64,000 nucleotides of DNA, from NCBI GenBank assembly GCA_043228905.1, contig JBHGNT010000008.1:9610001-9674000 (forward strand). Reading direction: 5' to 3'. The position numbers and the translations under genes are program-made. Within the stretch, counting starts at the first letter, position 1, and every line of letters begins with the position of its first letter. Shown here piece after piece: positions 1 through 13,575 of this stretch. Below the pieces are notes generated by a model. The model ran no database searches. It was not told the origin of the DNA and saw only the letters and a program-made list of their open reading frames with translations. The DNA comes from Azolla caroliniana (taxonomy: Eukaryota; Plantae; Polypodiophyta).

Positions 1-401
1 TATTGGAAGTCACAATCTTGGCCATTTCATGTACGCTTGAAGGTTGTACAATGTATTATGGAACCCATGATACTATATTACTTGCCATTGTTGCCATGGA
101 CAAAGAAGGCTTTGCATTCTATTTTGCAACCTCTTCGATATTTGTTGTGGAAGAAGGGGGATAAGATGGGAATCACTTGGGTTGCATGGAATCATCTAGC
201 AACCCCTAAGCGCTTTAGGGGAGCTGAAATACTGAACTTATCTAAGCATATGATGGCTCATAGTTTTTCATTATTACAAGACATGTGTTCAAACTCACAA
301 CCATGGATATCTATTGTTCAATATTCATTGAGAACAAGGGTTTAAGACATGGGAGGACAACGATTAAGGCTTCAAGGTGACAATTAATGAATGGATGTAT
401 T
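1..401 (+). pseudogene. Degenerate L1-like LINE ORF2 fragment (post-RT region), interrupted by element A; continues briefly at 21482-~21560
   Basis: ORF 37..345 has the plant-L1-type motif WVAWNHLATPKRFRGAEILNL. The reading continues across the GTATT TSD of element A. Confidence 0.65.
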
Positions 402-852
402 TGTCAGAACCAAGAGAAAAGATAGAGTGGTAGAAGAAAGATGTAAAGAGATCACAAGAAGAGAGGAATGAAGTGATAAGAGAAGAATGAATGTATTACT
501 AAGATAGAATGAATATGGATACAAGAAAGGTGACGAAATCTTAAGACTGGTGTTGGTTCGAATTGGTTTGAGAAGAATTGTATGTCCATATTTATAGGTT
601 CCTATAGAATAGCCTAGTGATTTCTATAATGTTCTAGAATGTTCTAGACCTAGAATATTCTAAGATGTTCTAGGATATTCTAGAATGTTCTAGAATGTTC
701 TAGGACATTTACAATAATCAATCTATTATAGGAAGTAGCTTTTATTATTTTATATAATCATATGTTATCCTAATGGGTAGGTTCTTTATTATGTATTACA
801 AAGTCTTGGGTTCAAGCCCAAGTGAAGCCATGATTCTTATGTATTCATGACA
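402..852 (-). repeat. 3' LTR of element A
   Basis: TGTCA...TGACA termini; direct repeat of 21036-21476; adjacent PPT. Confidence 0.95.
618..705 (-). promoter_or_regulatory. Heat-shock-element-like array (nGAAnnTTCn) upstream of the minus-strand TATA in the element A LTR; also at ~21255-21330
   Basis: Repeated TTCTAGAATGTTCTAGAA; TATAAATA on the minus strand at 597-590. Confidence 0.7.
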
Positions 853-867
853 CTATCTCCCCTTCGA

Positions 868-3154
868 GAACGACAAGTGGAAGTCGTCGTTAACAATGTA
901 GGGCCCAGTTTGTTTGGATAACGGTGATGGAAGTCTTTGACAAGAGCTTGAGCATTAGAAACATTATTGACGGGTTCCCAAGTGAGATCACTCGGAGGAT
1001 AGCCAACCTAATCCTCCTGATAATAGAGTTTATTCCGCACAATCTTCGAATCAAGAATAGCAGCTACCTCATATTCAAGGCAGTCAACAAGGTGGACAGA
1101 GGGTGGAGGTGGCACAACACAATTAGGAATAGAAGAGGTGCGACAAGGTTCCAAACGAGAGCTATGAAAGACTGGGTGAAGCCACATGTGTGCTGGAAGA
1201 TTAAGACGAAAGGTGGCATTGTTAATACGCGCAATGATGAGAAAAGGACCTAAGCGTTGATAATAGAGCTTCTCACATGGCCGGGTAGTCTTGATGTGAT
1301 GACGAAGCAACCATACTTGGTCGCCAACCTTAAAAGGAGACTTAAGACGATGGCGATCTGCGTTGGTCTTATGTTGTGGTTGAGCTGTCTGAAGATGTGA
1401 AGATAACACTAACTGGATTCGATGTAGTCAATGAAGATGATGCTCAACACTAGGGTTTCGTGCGACCTTGGGAAGATCCAAGATACACCATCGAGGATGG
1501 TTACTGGTGTAGGCAAAGAAAGGTGTAATCTTGGTAGAATAGTGTACCGTGTTATTCTATACAAACTCAGCCAAATGTAAAATATTGCTCTAATCATCTT
1601 GTTGATAACTGATGAAGCATCTAAGATATTGCTCGAGTGTTTGATTTGTGCGCTCTATTTGTCCGTCGGTTTGTGGATGATAAGCCGAAGAGAGTTCGCA
1701 GGAGATTTTGAGGCTTGCCCATAGGTGCTTCCAAAAGTGAGAGATAAATTGAGGACCATGATCAGTAATTATATCGTTTGGAAGACCATGGTGGCGAAAT
1801 ACTTCACGCATAATGATATCTGTGGTTTCCTGACTAATGATACTCTTTACACATGGTAAAAAATGTGCCATTTTGGTAAATGGATCCACTACTGTTAAAA
1901 TGGTATCAAATCCTTTTGAAGGCGGCATATCCGTAATGAAATCCATAGAAATAGACTGCCATGGCTTGGTTGGAGGCGGCAATGGTTGTAACAAGCCATA
2001 AGGATGATTCCTAGGTATTTTGGCTCGACAACAGGTGTCACGTGTACGAACATAATCTTCGACAATTTTTTGCAAATGAGGCCACCAAAACGAGTGCTTC
2101 ACCAACTCCATGGTCTTGGCAATACCAAAATGTCCAACCATAGGGGCATCATGACAATATTGTAATACTTGAAGGTGGGGTGATTCATCAAGGATGTAAA
2201 GGAGATTCTTGTAAAAGAGTAAGCCATCTCGCCACTTGAGATCCTGATAATGTTGAGATGAATCTTGCAATGTGGAGCAAGATGCATGGCTTGGACTAAT
2301 GTAGGCTAAGACATCCTTAGCGAAATCATCAGAGTGAAGTTGTTGCCGAATAGTATCAATAAGGCGTGAATCAAGCGGCGTCGCATAAACTGTTGTTGCT
2401 TGTAGCTTTGATGGTCCTAGTAGAATTTTCTTTCGGTTGTCGAAGGCCGGATCTCCAGGTCGAGGTGCGAGATATGAACGTCGAGATAGAGCATCTGGCT
2501 TCCCTTGTTGCTTCCCCAGGCGGAAAACGATCTTGAAATCAAAACGAGTTAGAAACTGTGCCCACCAAGCTTGTCTCCTATTTAACACTTGAGCCGTTTG
2601 AAAATAAATAAGATTTTTGTGATCACTATAAATGATTATTTGATGAGGCGATTCTTCCAAGAAATGTCTCCATTGCTCGAAAGAGTCAACCACAACTAGT
2701 AACTCCTTGTCATGCACCTCATACTTTATCTCTACAACAGTAAATTTTCTCGAGTGAAACACACGACTGGATGGGACTACCCATCCTTTCCTAGTTGGGA
2801 TAGGATACTCCCTAATGCAAAGTTTGACGGATCTGCTTCAATAGTAAATGGCATTTTGGGATCAATATGTGCTAATATAGGAGCTGATGTGAATGCCTCT
2901 TTGAGCTGAGTAAAGGCTGTTTCGCTTCAATAGTCCAAACAAACGCTTGATTCTTCTTGGTGAGTTGTGTGAGAGGCGACACGATCTTTGAATAATTTCG
3001 TATGAATTTGCAATAGAAGTTAGGAAATCCGAGGAAACATTGGACGTCTTGAACAGAACGTGGGGGTTGCCATTCCAATATTGTTTTGACTTTTGTTGGA
3101 TCCATGAAGATACCCTTATATGAAATAGTATAACCCAAGAATTCAACTTGTTCG
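868..3154 (-). pseudogene. Element A pol 3' part: RT end, RNase H, integrase, chromodomain (frameshifted)
   Basis: ORFs 2872..3138, 1590..2762 (PWQSISMDFI, YHPQTDGQ) and 1008..1409 (HPVFHSSRLEP, YEVAAILDSK chromodomain start). Confidence 0.9.
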
Positions 3155-3671
3155 TGTTACCCGGACAAAGGGGCAGATGGACATAGTGGAGAAGCGTCGG
3201 AGTCGGAAGCATCGGAGTCGGAGGTTCGGAGTCAAAGTCAAAGTCAGATCAAGGAAGAGGATCGATGAGTCATCATTTTGGCTAAATAATAGTTAATACC
3301 GAAAATTATAGTTAGTTACAAAGTTTTGTAGTTCTTGCCGATAACGCAATATGTATTTCTTGATGAGGAATTCATTCAAGTTGCCTATAAAAAGGAACCG
3401 AATCCATTGTAAAATCTATCGTTTTACTTTTAGTAATATAAGTTTAGTTGTAGGAAATCTTGGTGTGCAACTGTTTATTTTCTATTTATCTATTTCCACC
3501 TTGCTACAACTGTATTATGTAAGTAACGATCTCGATGTCTGTGTAACATTGATAAGATTACAGTAACTCAATATCTATTCGCACAACCACAATTCTTTGA
3601 TAGAACATTCAGTACGAACGTTTGAACTTTGTTGTGTGTCGGCGACAGAGTCGATTGTCGGCCGAACAACA
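3155..3671 (+). repeat. 5' LTR of element B
   Basis: Direct repeat of 18022-18510; plus-strand TATAAAAAGG at ~3387. Confidence 0.92.
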
Positions 3672-3682
3672 CAATATAATTT

Positions 3683-3695
3683 TGGCACGCCCGGT
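3683..3695 (+). promoter_or_regulatory. Primer-binding site of B (tRNA-Arg-like) TGGCACGCCCGGT
   Basis: Lies 11 nt after the 5' LTR and begins with TGG; resembles the complement of the plant tRNA-Arg(UCU) 3' end as recalled. Confidence 0.75.
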
Positions 3696-3935
3696 TACAT
3701 CTGCAATTAGCAGTGAACAAGTCGATTGGTATCGTTGTCTAGTTTGGATACGCCAGTCGATCGCAAACATCCTCATACACATTCGGTTACAAACCGTGTC
3801 GAAGAGGATTGTGTTGTGGTGGTACAACAAGAAACAAGTCAGAGGTGGTCTTCAGTTCCCAACTTAACTGCTAGTCAGTCAGACGGAGATCAGTCCGAAG
3901 AGGTATCATTTTACGATATCTGGAGTGAAGACAAT

Positions 3936-6551
3936 ATGCCTTACCCTTACTCGAAATTTTGAGAAGGCGCTGATGCATAAGCGCATATTAGGGATTTCTT
4001 AACAACATGGGAAATAAACCATGGAGCTCAGCGACTATCAGCTGTAGCCGAGGATAAGTCTAAAATAGTTGAGTTTGTTTTGTCATTAGATGGCCAGTCA
4101 ACAAATTTGTTTGCTCAGAATGGTTTCCGAGCGTTCAAAACATTTGAACAATTAACCAAAAAATTTCTTCCATTGTTTCATCGACAGATTCCTCAGAAGG
4201 ATCTGATCGCTCAATTTTATGCATTATATCAAGAATCCAATGAAACGGTGTCACAGTTTGTCATTCGCTTTTAGAATCTACAACTACAAATTTCCAGGCC
4301 AATTCCCGATCAGGAACTAAAGGATATCTTTCTAGAGGCAATTCGGGAACCACTACGAATGACACTAGTGGTGTTCGATTTCCAAAATCAGTCAATTGAA
4401 CAAGTGATTGATAAGGCCATTGTTATGGGTCGAAATCCAAAAATGTAAGAAGTATGGATATGTCGGCATTGCATCATACTTTGCCAACTATGGAAGAGTT
4501 ACAGTTTCGCCAAGCAGTACATTGTACTACTTGTTTGAATACTGAGCATTCGACAATTGAGTGTAGTTTACGTACACATTGCACAATCTGTCACTCTAAA
4601 GCCCATTGAATAGAACAATGTGAATATAATTTGCTTAACATAGCAACAACACTGGTATGACAATAGGTCCAATAATCGGTATCAGGAGGATGACCGGTAT
4701 GATAATCGAAATTATTCGGAAAGGCAACCGAATAATAACTGGAATGACTATAGGAGAAATGATAATCAAGGTCCAACACAAGAGGATGCCTGACAATATG
4801 ATTATCGACAGAATCGAGATCAAGATTTTTCAGCACCACAGGATAACAGTCGTCAACAGCAACAAGGGGGTCGTTATAACTATAAACAGAATCGAGCCAA
4901 CAACAAAAAATTCTATAAGCCAAAAGCGTCACAACAATTTCAACATGATTCTCAGAGAGAACATATGGATGGATGTCCACAATATGAACAGGGTGAAGGC
5001 TGTGGATCATTCACTCCTAATTGCTATATTTGCAGGAAAGATGGACATTATGCAAATCAATGTCTGTCTAAAACCAAAGGAAAAGCACTTGCCGTTAATA
5101 TGGTGATACCGAAAATTCAACAGGTGATTACTAGAAGTAAAGGTAAACAATCACAATGGGAAATCCAAGAAGCTATTAGAAAAGCAGCCAAGGAATGGGT
5201 AGAAGAAGCAAATAAAAATAATGTGTCCAGGATGCTACAGGATAATGAAGTAAACCAAGTTAACGAACTACCAGGAGCAATGGTAGTACAGGAACATGAG
5301 GAAGCTTGGAAAATCTTGGCTGATTGCCAAGTGTCATTACCCTTGACGGGATTATTGAAACTAGTCCCACGGTTTACGGAGAAAGTGGCAACTTTGATTG
5401 CCTAGAAAGGGATAGAATAGGTAGTAGTTAATTATAGTAAGCCAAGTAATAGTCTGACAATTATGGATGAGTAGAATCCATCAATAAGAGTGATAATCCA
5501 TGGCCAAGAAATAGATGGCGCTATTATAGATGGTGGATCAAGAGTAATGTAATTAACAAAACTACTTGTGACAAGCTTGGTATCACTAAATGGGAAGGAT
5601 GTCCATTCTGGTTAAGAATGGCCGATACTAGTACAGTGCGACCGATCGGATTAATTAGGCAATTAGATGTCGTTTTAGGTGGTCACACTTTTCAAATATC
5701 AATAGTAGTGCTTCATTTGGAGGCTCTTGGAGTATATCCTTTGCTATTAGGGTGGCCATGGTTAAAGACTGCCAATATTAAGCAAAATTGGAATCAGAAT
5801 TTATTAACATTCCGAAAAGGAAAAAATAAAATTCAGGTATCCACCCAAAATAAGATTACTACAAGTAGGCAATGTCTGTCGGTTCATGCAAAGGCAGTCA
5901 ATATGATAGAAGGATCCAATGACGTGGACGAGAATAATTATTTTAATGATAACCCAAAAATTATTCCCTTGTTCAAAGTGGACATATTACAAGCTCTTAC
6001 ATCATATGTTGATCCATAGGATGACTTACCACTTGATGATCAAACAATGAAAGAAATCTGCCTTCAGCAAGAGGCTACCAAAAAAGAAATGAAAGTATCT
6101 CAACGAGTCCGAGCTTCGGCATTGGAGGAGATAAATGTAGTTGGGGAAGATAACACGCTTGAACCAAAAACAATATTGATCACCAAGGATATGTTGTTAG
6201 TTGATAAGCAATGATTAATTGGCCTACTCAAACAGTACAAGGATGTGTTCGCATGGCCCTTCGAAGACATGAAAGGGTTGGATCCAACTTTCTGTGAACA
6301 CCAAATTAATCTCCATAAAGATGCGAAGCCGGTTCAACAATGCAGGTATCGTCTGAATTCAAATTATGCAATTAAGGTCAAAGAAGAAATAGATAAATTA
6401 CTTAAGGTAGGGTTTATTCGTCCTGTGAAAAAAACTACATGGCTAAGCCCGATTGTAGTCGTACCGAAAAAGAATGGAAAGATTCGGGTATGTGTCAACT
6501 ATCGAAAACTTAATGCAGCAACAGTAACGGATGCATTTCCATTACCGTTTA
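3936..6551 (+). pseudogene. Element B gag (zinc knuckles), protease and RT start
   Basis: CYICRKDGHYANQC knuckle; IIDGGS protease-like motif at ~5520; RT start in ORF 6245..6565; many stops. Confidence 0.85.
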
Positions 6552-7257
6552 TGTTACGGGCATGACCATATAATATCTCGTGGTAAGAATTTACCGTAGT
6601 ATTCTATACACGTGGATAAGTGTGAGGGTTAAATGAGAGTGTAAAGAAGGGGAGGATTACTTTTAATCCTCGGGATTGAGACAACCCATTAGGTCAAGTG
6701 TGAACTTGCCTGGGGGCCTTGGGTTTCGCTATAAATAAGAGGCCTAGCTACCCTCATTTGATCATCTTTTGACTACATCGAGACTCTGCTCGTGTGGTGG
6801 GTCAACTCTTGTAGCGAGCGCGCCAGCACCAGGTACGACTCGACGCCACGGCGGTGGTATGGGACGCCGATCGAGGCTCGAGTCCGTCTCGATCCCTTCG
6901 CTCGGGGGTGGTCGGGTGGATCGGCACCCTTCTTTCTCTTTCTCCTTTCTATCTATCTTTTCATTATCCTTATCCTAAGCTTATGTTAGTATTATGATCT
7001 ATAATATTTGGTATCATATTTTTTTTACTAATGTTTCTTTGTTTTTCATTTGTCTTTTGATTGATGCTGATCGATCATTGTGCGGTTGGCCTTGATCCAG
7101 ACAACGATCAACAAAGAACTTCGGTAACTCTTTCCATATTTTTTTTTTTCTATTCTCTCTTCTCCCATCTAATCATGTGTTTAGTTTATATGTAATTTTT
7201 TTCATTAAATCAATGATGTTGTAGTGGTCTTTAATTGATTATCTAAAACGTTTACAT

Positions 7258-7520
7258 ATGTGCACGAGGTCAATACCTCGTTTGACATATTAATAATATG
7301 TGATGAGTGTCGTATGCGTACGAGGTTAATACCTCAATTACGTATTACGTTCACGAACATATGTTACGTTTGCGTATGAGTTTAATACCTTAATTTGTTG
7401 TAAACGATATGCGTTTGGTCTCGTATGCGTAAGAGGTCAATACCTCCATTGCGTATTACGATGATCTCTTATTTGTGGATGTTTCGTGTGCGTAGAGGTA
7501 TATACCTCGATTACGTATCT
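7258..7520. repeat. Five degenerate ~56-62-bp repeats, each with a GAGGT-N4-ACCTC hairpin, in the 5' leader of C
   Basis: Cores at 7266, 7322, 7378, 7433 and 7495. Confidence 0.8.
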
Positions 7521-8696
7521 CGATCACATCATTTGTGGCTATTTAATATAACGATATGTTTAATATAGGCATATGTGGTCACATATATACGTATTTGATC
7601 GTATATATGTGAAAAGTAAACATATGTGTATATTCGTTATTACGTGATTATGTCGAAAGTTGTCATGGTCGGGAAAAGGATGTTGGTGGCCGTCCTCACA
7701 TTTTTGTGAGAATGGCGTTGTCACCATTCCTTTTTCAACAATTTTTTATTGTTGACAACCCCGTTGATGACCTCGATTTCGTTACGTAAAGAAACGCAAT
7801 AGCCATAATGATGTTGAGTACGTAGGGCTTGACCCACTTCAAGTGAGGTCGCTCCAATGACGCACGTATCCAACATCCTTCCCTCGTTACATGGATACGA
7901 TGCCACCATGAGCTCGTTCTTACGAGAGGCATTCGTAATGACGTGACCATGTGATGGCCCACGTGAGCCTACTACGAAACGAGGGCTCATTTGGCTTCAC
8001 CATTGGGTTGCACTTTGGCGTATGCCATCGTAATTACGAGACTTGAGGTTAGGTAACGTACCAACATAGTGTTGGTAAATGAGGGCGAAATAAGGACCCT
8101 TGACATATATGTTCTTTTAAAAAAAACGTATATGATCAATTGCCTCGCATATCTCTTATACGCATCAAACATTAAGCATTCGAGAAGAGCAACTTACTTG
8201 GTTGGCTCAAGTGTTTAATGTATTTGTTCTCGAGGTCTCGAGTTCAAATATGACCAAGACCATACAACATCCTTGATACATATGACTATAACACATGTTT
8301 AGACTTAAGGTCTAAGTGCACCTCGGGGTCCTCGTAATAGGACTTAAAGAGCCGAAACCACTTATGTGGGCACCGAAACATAGTTTATTGTTAACATTTT
8401 TTTCGTGTATAAACTATTCATGACGCGAACATACATGGTTGAGCCTCGGGGAGCCACCATAAAAAAATCGATATAGAGATCAGGGAAAGACATTTATTTG
8501 TCACCCCCATGGTTTTTAAAACACCTTTGTGTTACCATAGTAACCTGATCTTGAACCTCATCTCATACGTCTAGAGGGGTATTGACGTGAGATAATGATA
8601 TCGATTAATGCTCGCCCATGATATGTTTACATCACGACATGATGTTATGACTATATCTCTGACCTTATCCTATTTCTTTTCCAGAAATAATCTTTA

Positions 8697-11600
8697 ATGG
8701 CTCAAATTAACGACCCGATGTCATCCGCTCAAGCGGAAGGAACTCAAGGGAATCCTCCTGGACAAATGTCCACTGAGATGTATTTGGCACAAATAACCCA
8801 ATTCCTTAGTTTCACCGCTCAACAGATGACCGAACTTCGGCAATCTCAGAGTGCTCTTGAGGCACGTGTCATTAGTCTACAACGTGAGACTAATAGACCT
8901 GATGAGCGACAAGGTGAACCATCATTTGTCGTTAAGCCATTTACGGGAGACAAAAAGGAAAGAACCGAAGAAGCAATCTGCACATGGCTGGGACGATGGG
9001 AGTCTCATTTTGAGCTCTATCCCACGCCAGATAGTACGAAGATTGCATATGTCGGTCGAGAACTCGGGGGTAAGGCCGCCGCCTGGTGGCGTGGCCTCCG
9101 TACTATGGGGAAATTGCCTGATACCTGGACAGATTTTGTCACGGTTTTTAAGGGCCAATTTCTGCAACCTCCCTCTCGAACCGAGGCAGCACAAGCTTTA
9201 ATGAACCTCTCTAGCAAGAAATTTTCCTCGCTAGAAGACTATGTTCACCATGCTAGAACCCAAATCCAAAAATCGGGTCTAGAAGGGGACAATTGGTTGA
9301 TAGCTTGTTTTGTCAATGGCATCCCCAATTCGGACTATCACTGGATAGTGCACGATAAGGATCCAAAATCCTTCGAAGAGGCCGTTGAAATAGTTCTTCG
9401 CTATCAACGCACTTCGAAGAAGGACCATAACAAACCCAACGAAGCGCCCGGGACTAAGCAGTCGCAATTTGTTGGGAAACGCAAGACACCCAACGAATTC
9501 CTGGATCGCGATTGTAAGCGACAACATCCTTTTTGTGTATTCTGCAAAAAGAAGGGTCATACAAAAGATCAATGTCGTAAGCTCCAACGGAAAGAGCACG
9601 ACAACAAAGCTAAAGCTGCAGACCATAAAGGTCAGATTCCTAATGTCCTTCAGGTCTATACACATCATTTAAGTAATTGTCAATGTTCTTTCCCTCACTA
9701 TGTATTGGGTCCCAATGATTTACTACGTGCAAATGGGTATATCAATGGATCTCCCGTACAATTTTTATTTGATTCGGGAAGCTCACACAATTTTGTGAAT
9801 GATCGTTTGGTTCAGATATGGGGAATCCAACCCACCGTAAGTGATCACACCTACACGGTGCACTTGGCTGATGGAAGAGTACAATACATCAACGGGGCGA
9901 TTCATTCATTAGGAATTTCTATTGATACTTATATAGAGGAAGTAGACTTCCATGTAATGAATCTTTGTACCACCGATGTAATACTGGGTTATCCCTGGTT
10001 TTATAATAAAAACTCTTCTTTATTTATTGATTGGGTTCGACATTCCATTTCTTTTGTACTGAACGATTGTACGCATTTTATTCAATGTGTAAAAAAACAA
10101 TCCCTCTCGATTGTTTCCTCGTGTCCATCAATATCCGAGTTGTCTTGTTCTACGTTATTTTATTGTGTACTTGATCTGGACATTCACGTTTACAATATCG
10201 ATAATGTCCCGATTCAATTAACATATTTTGAACAACAACAACTTGATGAAATCTTAAATGATTTTCATGATGTTTTTCCAAGTGAACTACCTGATGGGTT
10301 ACCTCCTAAACGTAATATAGACCATCGTATAGATATTGTACCTGGTGTTGCACCAATAAGTATACCTCCGTATCGCTTAAGTCGATCCGAAGAAGATGAG
10401 GTATCTAAGCAACTCAAGGACTATTTACGAATGGGTTATATACGTTATAGTAAATCTCCATGGGGTGCACCAGTTCTCTTGGTTAAAAAGAAAGAGGGCA
10501 CATGGCGTATGTGTATTAATTACCGACGCTTGAATAAAGTGACGATCAAGAATTCGTATCCATTGCCCCGGGCTGACGATCTAATTGACCGTCTCCAGGG
10601 AGCTCGGTATTTTACGAAACTTGATCTCCGTACTGGCTACCATCAAATACGAATAAGTGAGGACGATGTTCCTAAAACGGCATTTCGTACGCGCTATGGC
10701 CATTACGAGTTTTTGGTTATGCCTTTTGGTTTGACCAATGCTCCGGCTACTTTTCAACAAGAAATGAATGACATTTTCCGAGAACAACTTGGAAAATTTG
10801 TCGTTATTTTCTTGGATGATATTTTAGTTTATAGCCGTACATTACAAGAACATGCTAGACATGTCCGCTTTGTTTTACAAACATTGCGTGACAAACAGTT
10901 TTATGCGAAGATCTCAAAATGTGAGTTCTTCAAGAAATCAATTACTTATCTAGGACATCTCATAACCGAACGAGGAGTTGAAATTGATCCTTCTCGCATT
11001 GAGAAAATCAAGCTTTGGCCCACTCTTCGGAATATTCGAGAAGTTCGATCATTCCTTGGTTTTGTGGGGTTTTTGCGAAAGTCTCTTCGTAATTACTCCC
11101 AATTGACGACGCCGTTTACTGATCTTTTAAAAGGTCAAACGCGTAAGTCTACAAAACCTATTGTGTGGAATGCTACACTAGACCTTGCATTTAAGGAACT
11201 CAAGGACCTGGTTTGCAAGGCTCCTTCACTTCTTTTACCCGATCCTTCAAAACCTTTTGAGGTTGAAACCGATGCAAGCGATTATGCTATAGGTGCTGTC
11301 TTGTATCAAGATGGTAAACCAATAGCATTCGAGAGTAAGAAACTTGATTCTGCTCAATGTCGGTATACCGTTCAAGAAAAGGAATTATTTGCAGTTATAC
11401 ATGCGCTCAAAACATGGCGCCATTATCTTTATGGAAATCACTTTGTGGTAACTACGGACCACGAGTCCTTGAAATATTTTTGTGACCAACAAGACCTGAA
11501 AGGTCGTAAGGCACGATGGGCTGATCTCATCCAGGACTTTGATTTTTCCATACGATATCGTAAAGGTTCCATGAACACTGTCGCTGATGCACTAAGTCGC

Positions 11601-13130
11601 ATCCGTGAAGTTAACATGCTTAGCTTCACTGAAATATCATCAGATCTTTATGATCACCTTCGAGGAAAGTATCCTGATGACAGTTATTTCGCAAAATACT
11701 GGGCAAGAGTTGAGTCTGGAACAGACACCACCACATCCTCGAAGGAATACTTCCACATTGCTAACGGTTTGCTCTACCGTAATGGGAAGGTTTGTGTTCC
11801 AGATTTACCCGAGGTCAAAAAGAGGATTCTTTTTGAATGCCATGATGCACCCTCCGCAGGGCACCCTGGAATACATCGTACACTCGTTCTTATCTCCACT
11901 CAATTTTATTGGCCTAAGATGCGTCCTGACATACATAGCTATGTGACTAAATGTCACCAGTGTCAGGTTAACAAAGCCGAGCGACTTAAAGCCGCGGGAC
12001 TTTTACATCCCTTGGACATTCCCAATAATAAGTGGGAAAGTATATCCATGGATTTTATTGTTAGCCTTCCTCGCACCCAAAAAGGTCATGATGCCATCTG
12101 GGTTGTCGTTGATCGACTAACTAAAATGGCCAGATTTATTGCTACTAAAACCACGGTAACAGCTCCTGAATTGGCTTACCAATTCGTTGACGAATTGTTT
12201 CGTTTTTATGGGTTACCGATGGATATCGTGAGTGATCGAGATCCAAAGTTTACTAGTGACTTCTGGACACAAGTCTTTAAGAAGTTAGAAACTACGTTGA
12301 GCATGAGCTCCACGGATCATCCTCAATCCGATGGACAGACAGAACGAGTAAATCAAATTATTGAGGACATGCTTCGAGCATACGTTGGTGCAAAACCAAC
12401 AAAATGGGAGCGTTATCTCCCAATTTTGGAGTTTGCTTATAACAGCTCCAAGCATACGTCGACGGGATATAGTCCTTTTATGTTGATGTATGGTTTTCAG
12501 CCACGAGCCCCGATTGATGTTACTATACATCATGATGAGTTGCGAAGTACGCAAAACTTTCTTCGGGATATGCAAGATATGTTGCATATTGCACGAGATA
12601 ATATAAAAACAGCTCAAGATAGAGCGCGTTTTTATGCCGATCATCATAGGCAACCTCGTGTATTCAACCATGGACAGAAGGTATTTTTACGTGTACCTCA
12701 CAATTCTAAGACATTGTCTACGGGTAAGTGCGCTAAGTTAGCCCCACGGTTTTGTGGACCTTTTACAGTCCTCAAACGAATTGGGTCATCAGCCTATCGT
12801 CTCGCTCTTTCCGATGGTGTCGGAATTCATCCAGTCTTTCATGTGAGTCGTCTAAAAGAACTTCTAGGTTCTGGCGACAATACAGTTACGACTGAAACTC
12901 TGGTTACTTCTGAAGAATTATCTTCTAAACCACATGTACCAGAAAGAATTCTCGATGTTAAAACAAAAAAATTACGTACTAAAGAAATCCGAGAATTCAA
13001 AATAAAATGGATGGATAAATCAATAAAAGATGCCACATGGGAACGCGAAAATACTCTTAGAACTAACTTCCCTAACTTTCCATTGCAAGAGTGCAATGTT
13101 TTAAAGAGGGGGAGTATGTTACGGGCATGA
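8697..13130 (+). CDS. Gag-Pol polyprotein of C (gag, CCHC, PR, RT, RH, INT, chromodomain), 1477 aa, uninterrupted
   Basis: [50 protein letters not shown]; C-terminal PERILD...KIKW...ATWE chromodomain. The stop lies inside the 3' LTR. Confidence 0.97.
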   Translation: MAQINDPMSSAQAEGTQGNPPGQMSTEMYLAQITQFLSFTAQQMTELRQSQSALEARVISLQRETNRPDERQGEPSFVVKPFTGDKKERTEEAICTWLGRWESHFELYPTPDSTKIAYVGRELGGKAAAWWRGLRTMGKLPDTWTDFVTVFKGQFLQPPSRTEAAQALMNLSSKKFSSLEDYVHHARTQIQKSGLEGDNWLIACFVNGIPNSDYHWIVHDKDPKSFEEAVEIVLRYQRTSKKDHNKPNEAPGTKQSQFVGKRKTPNEFLDRDCKRQHPFCVFCKKKGHTKDQCRKLQRKEHDNKAKAADHKGQIPNVLQVYTHHLSNCQCSFPHYVLGPNDLLRANGYINGSPVQFLFDSGSSHNFVNDRLVQIWGIQPTVSDHTYTVHLADGRVQYINGAIHSLGISIDTYIEEVDFHVMNLCTTDVILGYPWFYNKNSSLFIDWVRHSISFVLNDCTHFIQCVKKQSLSIVSSCPSISELSCSTLFYCVLDLDIHVYNIDNVPIQLTYFEQQQLDEILNDFHDVFPSELPDGLPPKRNIDHRIDIVPGVAPISIPPYRLSRSEEDEVSKQLKDYLRMGYIRYSKSPWGAPVLLVKKKEGTWRMCINYRRLNKVTIKNSYPLPRADDLIDRLQGARYFTKLDLRTGYHQIRISEDDVPKTAFRTRYGHYEFLVMPFGLTNAPATFQQEMNDIFREQLGKFVVIFLDDILVYSRTLQEHARHVRFVLQTLRDKQFYAKISKCEFFKKSITYLGHLITERGVEIDPSRIEKIKLWPTLRNIREVRSFLGFVGFLRKSLRNYSQLTTPFTDLLKGQTRKSTKPIVWNATLDLAFKELKDLVCKAPSLLLPDPSKPFEVETDASDYAIGAVLYQDGKPIAFESKKLDSAQCRYTVQEKELFAVIHALKTWRHYLYGNHFVVTTDHESLKYFCDQQDLKGRKARWADLIQDFDFSIRYRKGSMNTVADALSRIREVNMLSFTEISSDLYDHLRGKYPDDSYFAKYWARVESGTDTTTSSKEYFHIANGLLYRNGKVCVPDLPEVKKRILFECHDAPSAGHPGIHRTLVLISTQFYWPKMRPDIHSYVTKCHQCQVNKAERLKAAGLLHPLDIPNNKWESISMDFIVSLPRTQKGHDAIWVVVDRLTKMARFIATKTTVTAPELAYQFVDELFRFYGLPMDIVSDRDPKFTSDFWTQVFKKLETTLSMSSTDHPQSDGQTERVNQIIEDMLRAYVGAKPTKWERYLPILEFAYNSSKHTSTGYSPFMLMYGFQPRAPIDVTIHHDELRSTQNFLRDMQDMLHIARDNIKTAQDRARFYADHHRQPRVFNHGQKVFLRVPHNSKTLSTGKCAKLAPRFCGPFTVLKRIGSSAYRLALSDGVGIHPVFHVSRLKELLGSGDNTVTTETLVTSEELSSKPHVPERILDVKTKKLRTKEIREFKIKWMDKSIKDATWERENTLRTNFPNFPLQECNVLKRGSMLRA

Positions 13131-13575
13131 CCATATAATATCTCGTGGTAAGAATTTACCGTAGTATTCTATACACGTGGATAAGTGTGAGGGTTAAATG
13201 AGAGTGTAAAGAAGGGGAGGATTACTTTTAATCCTCGGGATTGAGACAACCCATTAGGTCAAGTGTGAACTTGCCTGGGGGCCTTGGGTTTCGCTATAAA
13301 TAAGAGGCCTAGCTACCCTCATTTGATCATCTTTTGACTACATCGAGACTCTGCTCGTGTGGTGGGTCAACTCTTGTAGCGAGCGCGCCACACCAGGTAC
13401 GACTCGACGCCACGGCGGTGGTATGGGACGCCGATCGAGGCTCGAGTCCGTCTCGATCCCTTCGCTCGGGGGTGGTCGGGTGGATCGGCACCCTTCTTTC
13501 TCTTTCTCCTTTCTATCTATCTTTTCATTATCCTTATCCTAAGCTTACGTTAGTATTATGATCTATAATAGTTTA

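Larger units (their letters stand above)
6552..13570 (+). mobile_element. Element C: young intact chromovirus (Ty3/gypsy) inserted in the RT of B
   Basis: LTRs at 6552-7006 and 13117-13570 differ by 1 substitution plus a 1-nt indel. TSD GTTTA at 6547-6551 and 13571-13575. PBS TGGTATCA at 7009-7016; PPT AAAGAGGGGGAGTA at 13103-13116. Confidence 0.97.

Noticed and set aside
6769-6989. Short ORFs duplicated at 13334-13561
   Set aside because: They lie inside the LTRs of C, and the frame is changed by a 1-nt indel between copies.
7258-7520. CRISPR-like array
   Set aside because: Repeats are degenerate, spacers are related to each other, there are no cas genes, and the array lies in a eukaryotic retrotransposon leader.
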